Notes: generated by a model not told the origin, from the letters alone. DNA of 63,725 bases, filler included, from Guillardia theta CCMP2712 (GCF_000315625.1; 5 parts of 5 records of this genome joined end to end with filler, not necessarily neighbours in it); one strand, 5' to 3'; counted from the whole stretch's first letter, positions 41,022 through 54,502 are shown. A program made the numbers and translations.

Positions 41022-42174
41022 CTTTCCTGAATGATGCGCTATAAGAGCCTCTTGTCTCTGTGTTACTGGACCGTCGTTCACTCGTTGTCACTGCACTTCA
41101 GACTGCCTGGTGCTGCTACAGGCTGTCCCGTCAGTTGATGTGTGGTGGATCCGATCGGAATCACAGTCAGTGATGGGTCTCGATCCGAGACTAAGTTCAA
41201 AGTTGCCAGCCTTCAAGTTCGGCGATCACCCGGCCGCGCGGAGGGTCACAGTTCAGATCTGAGCGGTGTTTGTTTTCGTTCCTCTCCTCCTCTCCTCGCC
41301 CTCCTCATCCTTGTTCCCCTCTTGTTCCCGCCATGGAGCCCGTTCTCCCTCCAGTCCAGGTCAAAATTTGATTCCGTCGTTATCATCCGTTAATAACCGT
41401 TTCATTGTAACCGATAGGATGATCCTGTTTAAGAAAACAGATTTTAAAAGGGGTACCAGATATTTATAAATTGGCTATCAGTGGTACAAATGTTGGAATT
41501 ATGATAAAACAATAATATATTACCACTCTGTTTTGTACATATTATAAATAATATAAATTGATAGGTACAAACTCAATCAGTACTCTGGAACCAATCTGTG
41601 AATGGAGGTAGCGGTCATAACCCTACCCTTATCAATTCGACCATTTTTCAGTAGCGTATAGGGGTACAACTTACGAGGAGTGGTGGAACTACTTCATGGG
41701 GGTAGTCCTGCCTTTCCGGTGCTGTGCGAAGAGACACGGGAGATGGCGAGAGCTTGGTGGAAGGGGCGATGCGATGGGTTGAGAAGAATGAGCAAGGGGA
41801 GGAGAGGAATGGTGAACACGTAGTCCAGTGCAGACACCAGGATGCAGCGATGCCAGGATAGAGGAAGGTAGAGAAGCTGTTGAACGGAGGAACATGATGG
41901 GCAGGCATATCCTCCGTGCTGCGCCTGTTCTGGTGGGTAGGTTTTAGGGGCCAGCACCTGCAGATAGAACATGGCATATATGTTTGCAACGAATGTGTGA
42001 AACTTCAAAAGAATTCAGAATTTTGCAACGATCAGCATGATGTGGTAATTGAAGATGTTACTAAGAATACAACGCTCTTGGTTTTTATGTTCACTTGTTT
42101 AAAATCAGTCAGATATTGTGCACAACATTATCACAGCTGGAATGTAGAAACAGGATTAACTTTGGTCTCAGCAG

Positions 42175-43107
42175 ATGGTTGCTGTATACAATACCTTCGG
42201 GGACGTCGAGGCCGTGCGCCCAGCGTCTTCCCAGAACTGGAAGAAGTATGCCGCGGTCATTGCCGGAGCATGGGCCGTGATGTTCGTCGCTGCCGTGATG
42301 GTCATTGGTATTTGAAGCTGGATGTTGTTGCTGTTGGTTTGATCCAAGACAGGCGCCTACGACAAGAAGACTACCTTGTACCAGCGCCCCAGGACTCAGA
42401 TGCTCGCCTTCAAGGAGTTCGTCCCTGAGACCAACGTCTTTGAGAACTTTGATGCCAGGTACTGCGAACGTGTTTGTGCAGACCACCGTCTTGCTCAGTG
42501 TCACTGTCTCTCCTCCACTGATGCATGCCGGGTTCCTGCCTTTGTGAGGAGCTGAGCTGACCATTGTCCTGTGCAGCTTCACCCCCGAGAAGAAATTCGA
42601 GTATGACCTCGCCAAGGAGGCAGACTACTCTCAGATCAATATCGCCTCCGGAGTTGACGGAGACACCGTCGAGGAGGGCATCCCCGACCCCTACGCCGAT
42701 CAGTCCGCCAGAATTGAGGTCCCCGCGGCCGTCTACACCCAGGATCCTCCCTACGATCCTACTGTTGTTGAGATCGGCGAGAAGGTTCACATTTCGTCGG
42801 TACACCCTTCAGGTGTGCTGAAGTGCCTGAGCAGGTTCTCGGCAAGCCATTCCATGAGTACACCGCTGCTGAGGAGGGCGACCCCGTCATGGGCAAGGAT
42901 TACGAGGGTACCTAACGTGATCTACATGTACGCAACACTGATCACTTCGCTATCAGATGTTCCATTTGACAAGACCATCAACTCCGTCCCCGAGCCCAAC
43001 CCCTCTCGTGAGTGGGAGTCCCTCGATGTTGAGAACGAGGTATGTCAGTTTGTTTTGCAAGATGCTGCAATGACGCATTCATTTTGCAGCCCAACCCCAA
43101 CTATTAG
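42175..43107 (+). CDS. Type II membrane-anchored acidic Pro/Tyr-rich protein, 6 exons
   Basis: MVAVYNTFGDVEAVRPASSQNWKKYAAVIAGAWAVMFVAAVM|...LYQRPRTQMLAFKEFVPETNVFENFDA|SFTPEKKFEYDLAKEADYSQINIASG...|...|...SLDVENE|PNPNY-TAG; strong C/G third-position bias; short GT-AG introns. Confidence 0.75.
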
Positions 43108-43350
43108 ATTAGGGACCCTAGTTTCTCATATAGTTGACTTTTTCGAAACGAGATGTAACTATGCTTTTGCGGATAAATGCAAACTCTTGCCAGAATGTGT
43201 TTGCCATGATGGGACCGGCAACCGTGTCGTCGTATCATATCATACTTGATCATGTGACGACACAAGTGTGAAACGAAGGATCATTGAGCAGAGTCTCTGG
43301 AGTCAGCAGAACATCGAATATTTACTTGTACATACAAAGAATTCTATCCG

Positions 43351-44280
43351 TCAGCGATGATTTGCTGACCCTGGTAGAAATCCAAAGAATGAAGACGGAA
43401 CGTATAGACTCTCCTCGTTGGATCCTTCACTGTCAACGACGTCGTCATCGTACCCGTCATGATCATCATCGTCCTCTTCATCATCATCGTTTGTTGTCAA
43501 GACACCCGGTCCAGTAGAAACGTTCTGTGCTTCGCTTTCACCGGCAATATTCACAACATCGCTCCCCAAATCCTCTCCATCCGGCACTATAACTGCGAAC
43601 TCCGGGTAGGCGCGAACAAATTCTCGAATGGACTCAATTTCCCCGGCGACTATCCTCAGACCATCTGAAACTTCCTCCTTCCCGATACTAAAGAATACAG
43701 CATGCTTTCCTTGGCCCAGAGGGCCTTGATAGCACTTCTCCCCCGGCTCGCAGAGTATTGTGGGGTGCAACAGGGTGTCAGCGACTATCCTCAGGAGAAG
43801 CCTGGCAGGAAGCCTTCTGGGTGCAAAGAAACAGGAAGACACTGTTGCTCGAGGAAGTCCGCACACAAAGAGCCTCTTGCCCCTGATCGCCTCCGGAGCA
43901 TCCCTTGGCAGGTGGGATGGGATACTAGAGACCACTGAGAAGGATTTGTGGTACTGCTCAATCGCCACTTTGATCTCAGTGCAGTCCGCCCTGAGCTCTT
44001 CCTTGTAGTCGAACCCTCTCATCAAGATGTCTGACCCGTCATGCACCGTCACGGCCTCTGGCAGCTTCATCAGCGGGCCAATCATTGAAAGCACCTCCCC
44101 CCGGGTCTGCGATATCTCGATCTCGCTCTGAATCATCGCGCCATGGGCGTTGACGGTCATCGTCAGGACTAGCCTCTCTACTTCAGCTTCGTGCTCCTGC
44201 TCCTTCCCTTCGTCACCCCCGTCCTCTTCCTCCCTTCCTCCTCCCCTCCTCCCCTCCACCGCCCCCACCACGGTGGTCAT
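43351..44280 (-). CDS. Hypothetical protein (probably continues by splicing toward ~43150)
   Basis: 309-aa ATG-initiated ORF, divergent from the epimerase gene. Confidence 0.65.
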   Translation of the reverse strand: MTTVVGAVEGRRGGGREEEDGGDEGKEQEHEAEVERLVLTMTVNAHGAMIQSEIEISQTRGEVLSMIGPLMKLPEAVTVHDGSDILMRGFDYKEELRADCTEIKVAIEQYHKSFSVVSSIPSHLPRDAPEAIRGKRLFVCGLPRATVSSCFFAPRRLPARLLLRIVADTLLHPTILCEPGEKCYQGPLGQGKHAVFFSIGKEEVSDGLRIVAGEIESIREFVRAYPEFAVIVPDGEDLGSDVVNIAGESEAQNVSTGPGVLTTNDDDEEDDDDHDGYDDDVVDSEGSNEESLYVPSSFFGFLPGSANHR

Positions 44281-44384
44281 TTTCTGCCTGCCGATCGTAC
44301 TCCGTTACACTTTCCGTTTCCAATACCGTTACAAAGTACGTTGCACGACCGGGCCCGGTGAAAGTAGAGCGACAGCGCCGCGTC
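44281..44384. promoter_or_regulatory. Compact bidirectional promoter with repeated CCGTTAC-like motifs
   Basis: 104 bp between two divergent ATGs; ccgttacac, ccgtttcca, ccgttacaa, acgttgcac. Confidence 0.5.
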
Positions 44385-45988
44385 ATGGCAAGGTTGGGCC
44401 TGGTGCTGGCAGTGCATGCGGCATGCGCGGCAGCGATGGTGGAGGGAGGGAGGGAGATGAACGTTCCTCCCAGGGTAGACGCCATGGAGAGGAGGATCGG
44501 GACCCTGCCCTCCGGGGAAGAAGCGCGTGCATGGACGATCCGGTCATCGACAGGAACGAGTGTGGAGATCATGAACGTCGGAGCTACGATCCTCAAGTTG
44601 AACACGAAAGACAGGACAGGTGAGCTCGGAGACATTGTACTTGGGCATCAGGACGAGATGCGCTACCTTCAGGACACCAACTACTTCGGCGGCATCGTAG
44701 GAAGGGTGGCGAACAGGATCAAGGACGGGAGGATGGTGGTGGGAGGGAAGGAGTACGAGCTTGACTGCAACAACGGAGCGAACCACCTCCATGGCGGCAC
44801 CGTCGGCTTCGATAAGCGAGTCTGGAACTGCAGGAGGATCAGGAACGGCCTCGAGTTCTCGCTGCTGAGCAGGGATGACGAGGAGGGTTACCCCGGGGAC
44901 TGCCAGGTCACTGCGAGATACACCCTCGTGGGCGATGTACTCACCCTGGAGATGCGAGCAAGGAGCATGAGCGCAACGCCGGTGAACCTGGCGCAGCACA
45001 GCTACTTCAACCTGGCAGGACATGCGAGCGGCAACGTGCTGGGACATGACGTGCAGCTGTTTGCAGACAAGTATACCCCGATGGAGCAGCAGATTCCGAC
45101 GGGAGAGGTGAGGGGGGTGGAGGGGAGCGCGTTTGACTTGCGGGAGCCGTCCTGCCTTGGGAAGAAAATCGAGCAGCTGGCAAGGGAGAAAGGGCTGTCA
45201 ATCGAGTACGACGAGGAAAACAACTTCCTGCTCAAGGATGGGAAGGAGCTTGAGGAGGAGGACGAGGAGGCTGGGCCGAGATGCCCCGCTCCCATTGGGT
45301 TCGACGACAACTTTGTGGTGAGGAACAGGAAGCAGAGCCTTCTCGAGCGGATCCTGTCCCTGGGAAGGGAGCAGATGCATCCCGTCGCGAAGGTGGTGGA
45401 GAGGAAGACAGGGAGGACGATGCTGGTGGAGAGCAACGCTCCAGGGGTTCAGTTCTACACGGCAAACTTCCTGTGCGGAGTGAGAGGAAAGGAGGGGAGC
45501 GTCTACCTTCAGCACGGGGGACTCTGCCTGGAGACCCAGCACTTCCCCAACTCGATCAATGCGGATGCGGAGGTAGGGGAGGGAGGGGAACGGGAGGGAG
45601 CTGAGAGGGAGGAGGGGCAGGAGAAGTGCGGGTTGGAAGGAAGGAAAATGGAGAGGAGGAAGTGCAGGGAAAGGAGGAGGAGGAAGGAGGGAGGAGGGAG
45701 GAGGGAGGAGGAGGAGGAGGAGGAGGAGGAGGAGAGTCGTGGGCTGACATGTCTTGTTGTATCAGAGTGAATTTGGCAAAGGAGCATGCCCAATCATCGA
45801 TCAGGGAAAGGAATACTTTCATAAGGTAAGAATGGGGAGGAGGGAGGCAGGTCAGGGGTGGGAAGGAGAAGAAGAGGAGATAAGGTATGAGAGAGGAGGA
45901 GAGGAGAACAAGGGAGCGTAAGAGAAGATGATTCTGAAGAGTTGCTCATGATGGGTTGCAGGTGCGGTATACCTTCGGTACGATTTGA
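44385..45988 (+). CDS. GALM: Aldose 1-epimerase (galactose mutarotase) with predicted signal peptide, 3 exons
   Basis: YFGGIVGRVANRI, NHLHGG, EEGYPG, TPVNLAQHSYFNL, GFDDNF, PGVQFYTANFL, GLCLETQHFPNSIN; last exons ...EYFHK|VRYTFGTI-TGA. Confidence 0.95.
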
Positions 45989-46102
45989 GCGAGGAAAATG
46001 TGGAAGTTGGAGGAGGAGGAGGAGGAGGAGGAGGACGGTCACATAAAGATTTCAGTCAACAGAAGCTCGTATCACAACTTTTGCTTCGACTCTCCTCCTC
46101 CT

Positions 46103-46536
46103 CTACAACTCTTGGTTGATCCGTCTCCCACCAGGAAGCAGGACGGCGAGGAATCTCCCGTCTCCTCTCAGCACGCTTCTCTTCACCTCCACTTCCACTT
46201 GATCGCAGTCTTGGAGGGGATGCTCCATGACCCGGAGGATGAATCGAAGTTCTTCCATCGCCTGCTCCTCTTCCTCCTTCCCCCGCAGCGACTGGCAGTC
46301 GAGCAGCGGCAAGCTTTCTCTGCGAAGCTCCTCCTCCTGGGTCTGCGGGAAGTTGAGCACGCAAGGAACGATGGGAGAAGGAAAGAGAGAGGAGGGACAG
46401 AAGAGCAAGTGCGAGATTGAGGAGAACAAAGGAGGAGGAGGAAGTAGAAGGAGGAAGGAGGAATTCAATCGCCACACCTCATCTTTTGTTCTGTTTCTGG
46501 AGATGCTGTCGTAGATGACACCGTTGATGAAACCCT
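46103..46536 (-). CDS. 3' exons of a hypothetical protein (contig edge)
   Basis: GFINGVIYDSISRNRTKDE exon followed by an open terminal exon. Confidence 0.35.
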
Positions 46537-46537
46537 G

Positions 46538-46603
<66 letters not shown>

Positions 46604-46628
46604 GAGAGAGAGGAAGAGAGAGAGAGAG

Positions 46629-46728
46629 NNNNNNNNNNNNNNNNNNNNNNNNNNNNNNNNNNNNNNNNNNNNTTAATTAATTAANNNNNNNNNNNNNNNN
46701 NNNNNNNNNNNNNNNNNNNNNNNNNNNN
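46629..46728. other. Artificial contig linker
   Basis: N44-TTAATTAATTAA-N44. Confidence 0.97.
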
Positions 46729-46887
46729 CGAGGTTCTTTGCTCGTTCCCGAAAGTTCGACATCTGCAGCTGTATGACGCCTCAAGGGTGAGTGGAGGAGG
46801 ACGAGGACGAGGACAAGGACGAGGACGAGGACAAGGACGAGGACAAGGACGAGGAAGAGGACGAGGACGAGGAGGAGGAAGAGGAGA

Positions 46888-46928
<41 letters not shown>

Positions 46929-47292
46929 GACGAGGACGAACACGAGTTGTTGATGATGAGATGAGAGGATATGATTTGCAATTCCCATGGTTTGCTCTGT
47001 GTTATGTTCTTCCTCCTATGCCGATGAAAAGATGCAACTTGGTTTTCACCACGACCACACCTTTGTTGTTTCCTGAAATCATATCTCATCGTATTTCACT
47101 TGCTCTATGACATTATGACATCTCACTTGTTCTTTTCTCCCAACTTCTGACAATCTTTCAGAAACTTTACGTCAAATGCAGCAGCTCGCAGGAGGCAGCG
47201 CTCAACATTCCGTTGCGGGCGCATGAGCTCAACAGACCGCTGGTGGGAGATTTGCTCGTGCTCAAGTACGACTACTACGGTAAGCCGACGAA

Positions 47293-47358
<66 letters not shown>

Positions 47359-47800
47359 ACGAGGGAGGAGGACCAGATAGGGGTTGAGTAAATGACCACC
47401 AGCAGGAAGAGGACGATTATGATGATGATGATGATGAGGAGGAGGAGGAGGAGAAGGAGGAGGAGGAGGAGGATGAGGATTAGGAGATGGATGTGGGGGG
47501 GTCAAAGGTCATTGAGGGGGGTGAATGAGCAGGAGGGAGGAGGAGAGAACTTGCCTGAGGGGTTTGCAGGAGGGGAGCAGGGAAAGTCGAGCATAAGGTG
47601 GACGAGGATACATCGGCGGGAAGAGAACAAGGAGGAGGAGATGGTTCTGGAGAATGTTGGATTTCTATCTTCTCCTCTCCCTCCTGCTTACTTGCTCCAG
47701 TCCCTCGAGTACACCGTCAGCATGCGCGATCATGAGTGCCAGCTGAGGGTAGAGGTAAAGCCACGTCCTGCTTCTTCTTCTTCTCCTCCTCCTCCTCCTG

Positions 47801-47843
<43 letters not shown>

Positions 47844-48188
47844 CTCACTCATATTCAGGTCATTCCGGCACGAGCCGATGGCAGTGTCGGTCATGCCGTC
47901 GTGCTGTTTACGCCTCTCATAGGCATCGACTGTCACTATAGCAGGTGTTCTCCTCCTGCTCCTGCTCCTCCTGCTCCTCCTCCTCTTCCTCATCACTGCT
48001 TGCAGCAAGAAGCATGCGCATATCCTCGGACTCTGCCCCTACCAGATGCGGCTAGTCGAGGAGCTCTCCTTCCCCAACAGGGAGGAGGAGGACGACGCTC
48101 GTTCTTTCCTTCCTCTCTCTATCTTCTCCGAGGTCCTAACCCTGCTTTGCTCCTGCTGCTTCTGCTCCTGCTGCTCCTGCTGCTCCTG

Positions 48189-48240
<52 letters not shown>

Positions 48241-48318
48241 GCCTGCTCCTCCCTCGCTCACTCTCGTTGCAGACGTCAAGCAGGAGGCGGTAGGAGAGTG
48301 ACCAGGGTTGGGAGGTAG
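46729..48318 (+). CDS. Partial multi-exon hypothetical protein
   Basis: Short exons (EVLCSFPKVRHLQLYDASR; KLYVKCSSSQEAALNIPLRAHELNRPLVGDLLVLKYDYY; VIPARADGSVGHAVVLFTPLIGIDCHYS) between microsatellite-rich GT-AG introns. Confidence 0.45.
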
Positions 48319-48790
48319 GAGAGAAAACAATGAGAAGTTGCACAATGGACTTGAATGAAATTTCAAAGACAACAAGGGGAGGTAGGAGGCAAGAAACAGG
48401 AGGACGAGGAAGGAGAGGAAGAGGAGGAATGGAAAAAGAGGAAAGAAGAAGCTCCTAGCCCTCGCCCTCGCCCTCGCCCTCGCTCCCTTACGGAGCAAAT
48501 GTAACTAGCAAGTGTCGAAGCAAAGAGTGGAAGGCATGCAGAGGATTCATTTATGCTCCCGAACGTCAAGGATTGCGCTGCGAAGGTGGTGGGGGAAGGA
48601 TGCGGGAGAGGAGGAAACAGGAGGATGAGGGTAGGAGAGGAGGAAACAGGAGGATGAGGGTAGGAGAGGAGGAAAAAGGAGGATGAGGGTATTGGAGGCC
48701 GCCAGAGGAGGAAGTGGAGGAGCAGGAGGAGGGTAGTTGAGTTAGCTTCCCGCTCTATCTTCTTCATTCTCAACTTCATGAATAAAACGA

Positions 48791-49512
48791 TTAGTCGACG
48801 TCCGCCATGGCCACGTCCTTCTCGCTGAACTTTCCCTTGCTCTTGTCCTTGTCGGCTCCCATACGTCCAGCCTGATCCACGTTGTCAGTCTCCTCCTCCT
48901 CCTCCTCCTGTCTCCTCCACAACCCTCCTCTCTCTCCAGTCCCTTCCCCTTCCTCCTCCTCACCTTCTTGCGGTCGATGAGCGACTTGCGGTCCTTGTCG
49001 AGCTTGAGCTTGGTGATCTCGACGTTGGAGGGATGGACGGGGACGGGGACTTGCGCGCCGTTCATCTTGTCGTGGTTGACTCCCTGAAGGTGGATGCAGT
49101 AGCGTCTGCGGTAGACAGCGACAACTTTGGCGGGAGGAGGAGAGTTCTTGGCGAGAACACCCCTCATGATCCTGACCTCATCGTCCTTGCGGATGGGCAG
49201 GGAGCGAACCTGCGCAACGAAGGTGAGGAGAGGAGAGGAGGAAGGAGAGGGAAAGGGCGAGAAACAAGACAAGATAGCAGGTAGGAGGGCTAGAAACTAG
49301 AAGGGGAGGGGGAAGGAGGAGGCCGGGGGAGCAGAGCAGGAACACAAGAGAAAATGAGGAGGAGAAGCAGGGAGGTCACTCACGCCGTGCTTGGAGCGGA
49401 GGTCCTTAGACAAAGTCGCAGACATAACTTTTCTCCTGATGTTGGAAGGAGCGGAGAAATGAGCCTTGCGGCATTTGCGTCGAGAGGAAGACACAGCCTT
49501 GTTGAACTTCAT
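48791..49512 (-). CDS. RPL26: 60S ribosomal protein L26 (uL24), 3 coding exons
   Basis: [43 protein letters not shown]|[17 protein letters not shown]...[25 protein letters not shown]|...MADVD-TAA. Confidence 0.97.
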
Positions 49513-51690
49513 CTACACCCGAGTGTGAGACATGAACACAAAGAGATCAATCGTTGTTGTAGTGGACGTTGTTCAACATGATCATTCTAAGATGGCAATG
49601 GTTGCTGAATTTTGCACTTTGGCTAGGGAAAACCCAGATAAGATGCGGCATAACGACAACATCTCGATGTCATATCAAGCTGTCCTCACTTGCGCACATG
49701 TAAACGTTACAGCTCACTTGAACAATCTGCTTCTGATCGTCGTCTTACAGACAATCTACAGCAGAAGCACAAAGCAACTATATTCTTCCTTGTGTCCACC
49801 ACTTAGCCCACAGAGGGCTAAGTTGCAACCCCAACAGCGTCATTTAACCACGTCTCTCCATCATCTACCGAATCTTCTGCTTTCATCACCATACTAAGAT
49901 GTTTCTCCTCCTCATCTCCACCCAAGATGAGTTCCTCTCCTCTATCCATTCTACTCCCACTCCTCCGCCTAGCCCCAACACAGCAATCTCGTCTGCTCTC
50001 TACATACACTTGCAATGTCTCAATGACGTTCTTTCTCTCTTCCATCACTCACGTCCATTCAGCCATTTCCCTCCTCTCCTGCCCCCTCCCTACCGCATGA
50101 TTCAGAAACTCCTCATCTCCTCCGCATACGACACCAGTTCCTCTTCACCACTACCTCTTCCGTACCTTCCTCATCCTCCTTCCCCTTTATCGTTACTCCC
50201 ACTCCTCCTCCTCCTCCCTCCGCCTCCTCCTCCTCCTCCTCCTCCTCCTCCTCCTCCTCCTCCTCCTCCTCCTTCCCCTCCCCCGCCTCTTCTCCGACAT
50301 GATTACGCGTGCGACTGAACCCGCACGAGCTCTTTTTTTTTAATCTCATCCCCCTCATCCCCATCCATCATCCCCCTCATTCATTTTACTCATCCCCTCA
50401 TCCCCATCCATCATCATCCCCCTCATATCCAGTCTCATGTCATCATCTCCCTGATCATCTCCCTCATACACATCGATACCCTCATCCCAGCTCAGACCAA
50501 TTTCATCACGTGGGACTCACGTGGGACCAGTAAAATAGTAAACTGCGCTCATGCGCGGCTGACATGGTCCTGAGGAGCGAGGGGGTGGTCAAGAGGTCAG
50601 AAGCACCCCTCCTATCGACTGTAAATAGACGGTATAGATGATGGGGCTCAGGGATATGACCCCTGAAAGTCGGGATTGCCGAGGTCTTTTGTACCGGTAC
50701 TATTCAGGAAATAGTCCTGTACATTGGTTGGTGGGGTGGTCGGAGCCAGCATCCCCACCAATTCCCTGCCTTTGGACCCCTAAGGTTCAACCCCTACCCC
50801 CCAGCTTGATATACAAGGGCATAGCACCCCTGGGACCAATGATCTGCGTTGACCCAACTTGTGGATGGTTGACCCAGCAACCCTGCTGGTCCATTTCAGT
50901 TAACCGTTAAAACGAGTTGTGGTAAAGTGGACCCGACATGTCATTGGTAGGGGTAGTCCAGATGATTACACCACCGGTGATTTAACAAGCAATTTGGTGG
51001 AAAAGGACCCGGTACCATTATTTGAGACAGGACGAAATGCAGGATGGCCGCATGGGAGGGTGAGGGTGACTTACGACAGGGTAGGGTGTATCCGATAGAA
51101 GTTTCTAGAGGGGTGGGGTGATGCCATTTCAGGGGACGAGGGGGTGAAATGCGAGGAAAGATAAGGGGGTCACAGACCTACTGACATCGGGGGTCATTTC
51201 TATGCAGGGGTAGGGGGTGGAGGGTTACCCCCCTACACCTTCATCACATCAAAATGGATGAACAGCAATCAGGAGGAAGGGAAGCAGGAGCAGAAGCAAG
51301 AGCAGGAGGAATATGGCAAGGGCGTTTTATTGACACAGGAGTGGAGTGACAGTATGGCAATTAAAGAATTCTCAAGAGCGATTAGGAAAACGTATGCGTA
51401 GAAGAGAATTTTTTTGGTGCTGAGGTTTTTCTCGGAACCCTTGTCAGTATTTATGATGATGCAGCTGAGAGGCGATGGATAGACAGGACAGCATACATAC
51501 CAGGGTCATGTCATACTTTGTATCACTTGAAATGGTCAATGCATTGTAGAGGTTACATGAGATAGGGGTCCTCTGTTGCTTTCCGCAACTATCAATGCGG
51601 GTCCATTTTGCTCGACCATCGCGCTAGCTGATCTCATCTGCTTTGCTCAGAGAATCTTGTTGTCGGGGAGTCAGCTTTTGACGAGCACAA

Positions 51691-52106
51691 GATGCCGTGT
51701 GGAGGATTCTTCTGCTTCGGAGGAAACTCCATGAAGGCAACAGTAGAAGCTCCCCTTGCCAAGGCTCCGGCACCTATCCCAGTACCTGTGCCAGAGCCGG
51801 CTGCTCCTGCGGGAGGAGGGTGAACCGACGCATGCTCCTTGGCGTGAGTACCCTTCTATAGCTTCTGTCTGCCCTGCTTGAAGATAACTGTTGGTGTGTA
51901 GAGATGCCAAGAAGAAGAGGTTGGAAATGCAGAAGAAGAAAGCAGAAGCCGCCGCCGCCGCCGCCGCCGCTGCGGCTGAGAAGGCTGCTGCTGACGCTGC
52001 TGTGGGAGGAGAATCTACTTCCGCACCAACCGATGCTAAGGAGCAAGCTGCAACACCCTCGGGGGTTGTGAAAGAGGTGCCTGTGGTCGAAGTCTCATCC
52101 AACTAG
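51691..52106 (+). CDS. Small Ala/Pro/Lys-rich hypothetical protein
   Basis: MPCGGFFCFGGNSMKATVEAPLAKAPAPIPVPVPEP...|DAKKKRLEMQKKKAEAAAA...EVSSN-TAG; exon junction uncertain. Confidence 0.4.
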
Positions 52107-54502
52107 TCCGACTAGAGGAAGAGCGACGTGAAGGAGGATGGGGATCCAGTACGAATGACTGGTATGGCAGAAAGCGATGAGCTTGCCATACCACGAGCCA
52201 TGTACCATCCTCTCCTATGGAAGAGCATTTAACATGCAAAACGTAACGGTGTATCATAAAGGTATTTGTTCCTCAACAAAGGCATGATAGTTGCTTCCAA
52301 CCATTACTTCACTGTTGATCGAACTGACATTGTAAAAACAATGCATCGGGCTTGTTTCCATGTTTAGGATTCCCATGCAAATGTGGGAGAGCTAAATTGA
52401 TAGCACACAGATCATCGAGCAAGACACATGACTGGATTAGTACCATGATAGTCAGAATGTGCAAAATCTGATCTGGTTTACACATTCCAACTCCGTGGGA
52501 CTAGTTTGTTTCGCTAGAAAACGCATTCCGAGATGTGAATGTTTGTGCACCTCGGATTTCACCTCGTTCATTAATCTTGTAATTCAAATATTCAAAACAT
52601 AGGATTTACATTCTCGTCTCAAGAAATCATGGCACAACCCTCACACATCAACTCATAGCACCCGATCAGGTTTGCAGCTATGAGCATCATTCGTGATGGC
52701 TGCCCACAAGCCAAGAAAACGAGTGCTGACCGCGGCTATCAGACCGTCGAGCAGCCAAGCACCCTTCATTTATCCAGCACTGACTGTGACCACGGGGGGC
52801 TTGTAGGCGGGGAGCTCTCTGCTCCCCTCCAACTTCTGGTTTTCTTTCTCCTGCTGCTGTTGCATCGCAAGTCGCTTCTTCTTTGCGTCCCTGAGCAGAG
52901 GAGTGAGCAGGGGTGGAAAGGGGATTCATTCACTCACGCAAGCGAGCAGGCATTGGCAGATCACCCACCCTGTTGAGGCTTTGCTGTCAGTCCGAAGATC
53001 TGAAAATTCCAGGAGTAAGCATTAAATCACAAAGCAGGGGTCGATTCAAGACAATATAGCGGTGGTGGTGGTGGTGGTGGAGGAGGAGGAGGAGGTACCT
53101 TGCGATAGATCTTCTTGATCAGCGGCCTAATGAATCACTTCATTTCGAAAAGATTCACTGGACCCTTAAAAGGATCCTGTGAGGTAGAGAGGAGGAGAGG
53201 GTAAGGAGAAGTGTAGGATAGACGACTGAGAGCTCAGGAACAGAAGACTGTCAAGCACGGAATAGAACGCGAGGAAGGGACGGGAGGGTTTTCGCAGCGG
53301 GAAGAAGTGGTTGATGATGTGCGATGATACGCAAGGGTACCCTGGGACCTTTTCCATGCAAGATGGTGGTGGGGTGGCAGACTACTCGAGGATGATAGGT
53401 GGGGTGATCTAAGATTTTGTATGGGTAGGGTACCTGGATTGAGCTATACTGCCTGGCTTGCCATATCAAAGTAAGCCTTTTTTAACGGGTACTGGTTTGT
53501 CAACATCATTTCTCCAGGGGTGATGTAGGATATTGGTTGGGGTAGGGGTTAGGTCTCTCTGTTGATCAGTAGGGTAGTGTTAGTGAGTAGTCACGAGGCG
53601 ACTTGTAAAGGACTTCGTGGGGTGGGGGTACATTTTGAAACAGGGTTACGGTAGGGGGTAACGGACTAGGTGGGTGACTCTTTTTTCACAAACCGGTGGT
53701 TTTTCAGTTTAAATGAGGGGTATTATAGAGAGGGGGTAGTGCAAGGGAAGGGCTAGAGAGGAGGGAGTAACAAATAGCTTAGGGGTGGGGTGAACCATTT
53801 GTGGGCAAAGGGTAGTGTAATCTGTACGCAAGAAGTTCTTTTTATATTCTAAAAAGATCTTGTTTACCACAGGACCCACCCTTCGATTTCCCCAAGAGGT
53901 CGAGGGTGGAGTACCCCCACCCCTTCGAATTATTCGGATCTCACCCCACATCGCTAGAGTCATCATCATCCGCTCCATGGTACCGTCTCATGATGCTGAT
54001 GTCAGCACCCCCTTTCACGGACCACATATCTACGAAAAAGAGCTGTTTCACAAAAAGGGTTATGTAAGCATTCTACTTGAGACACTCGTTATGGCAGTTA
54101 CAGGATCGTTGAAAAGTCGTTATATTCCCTGTCGACGAGATCTGTTTTTTTTTACCCTACCCCTACTTGTCTCTACCATGGCCTCCCTATGGAGACCCGT
54201 TCAATCCCGTGCATTTACCCACCCTTTTTCCTATATGACCCCCACCCCCTAATTCTATACACCACCCACCACCCAGCACTCCCTCTACACACCGTATCAC
54301 TACCCCGTTTGACGAGCCTGTAACACCCCGGACAAGGAACCCCCCACTTTGACCCACCCCCAACCTCGATCATGCGGAGAACCGTACCACAACAATTACT
54401 CATTCTCAACTAGCTAGATACACGGTGTTTTTTTTTTCCAATAATACTGAAGACCCCACCCCTGAAATTTCCTGCTGGGCCAATCTACCCCTACTTTCGT
54501 AT

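Noticed and set aside
44371-44380. GACAGCGCCG matching the start of the array-1 unit
   Set aside because: A single 10-bp match, compatible with chance.
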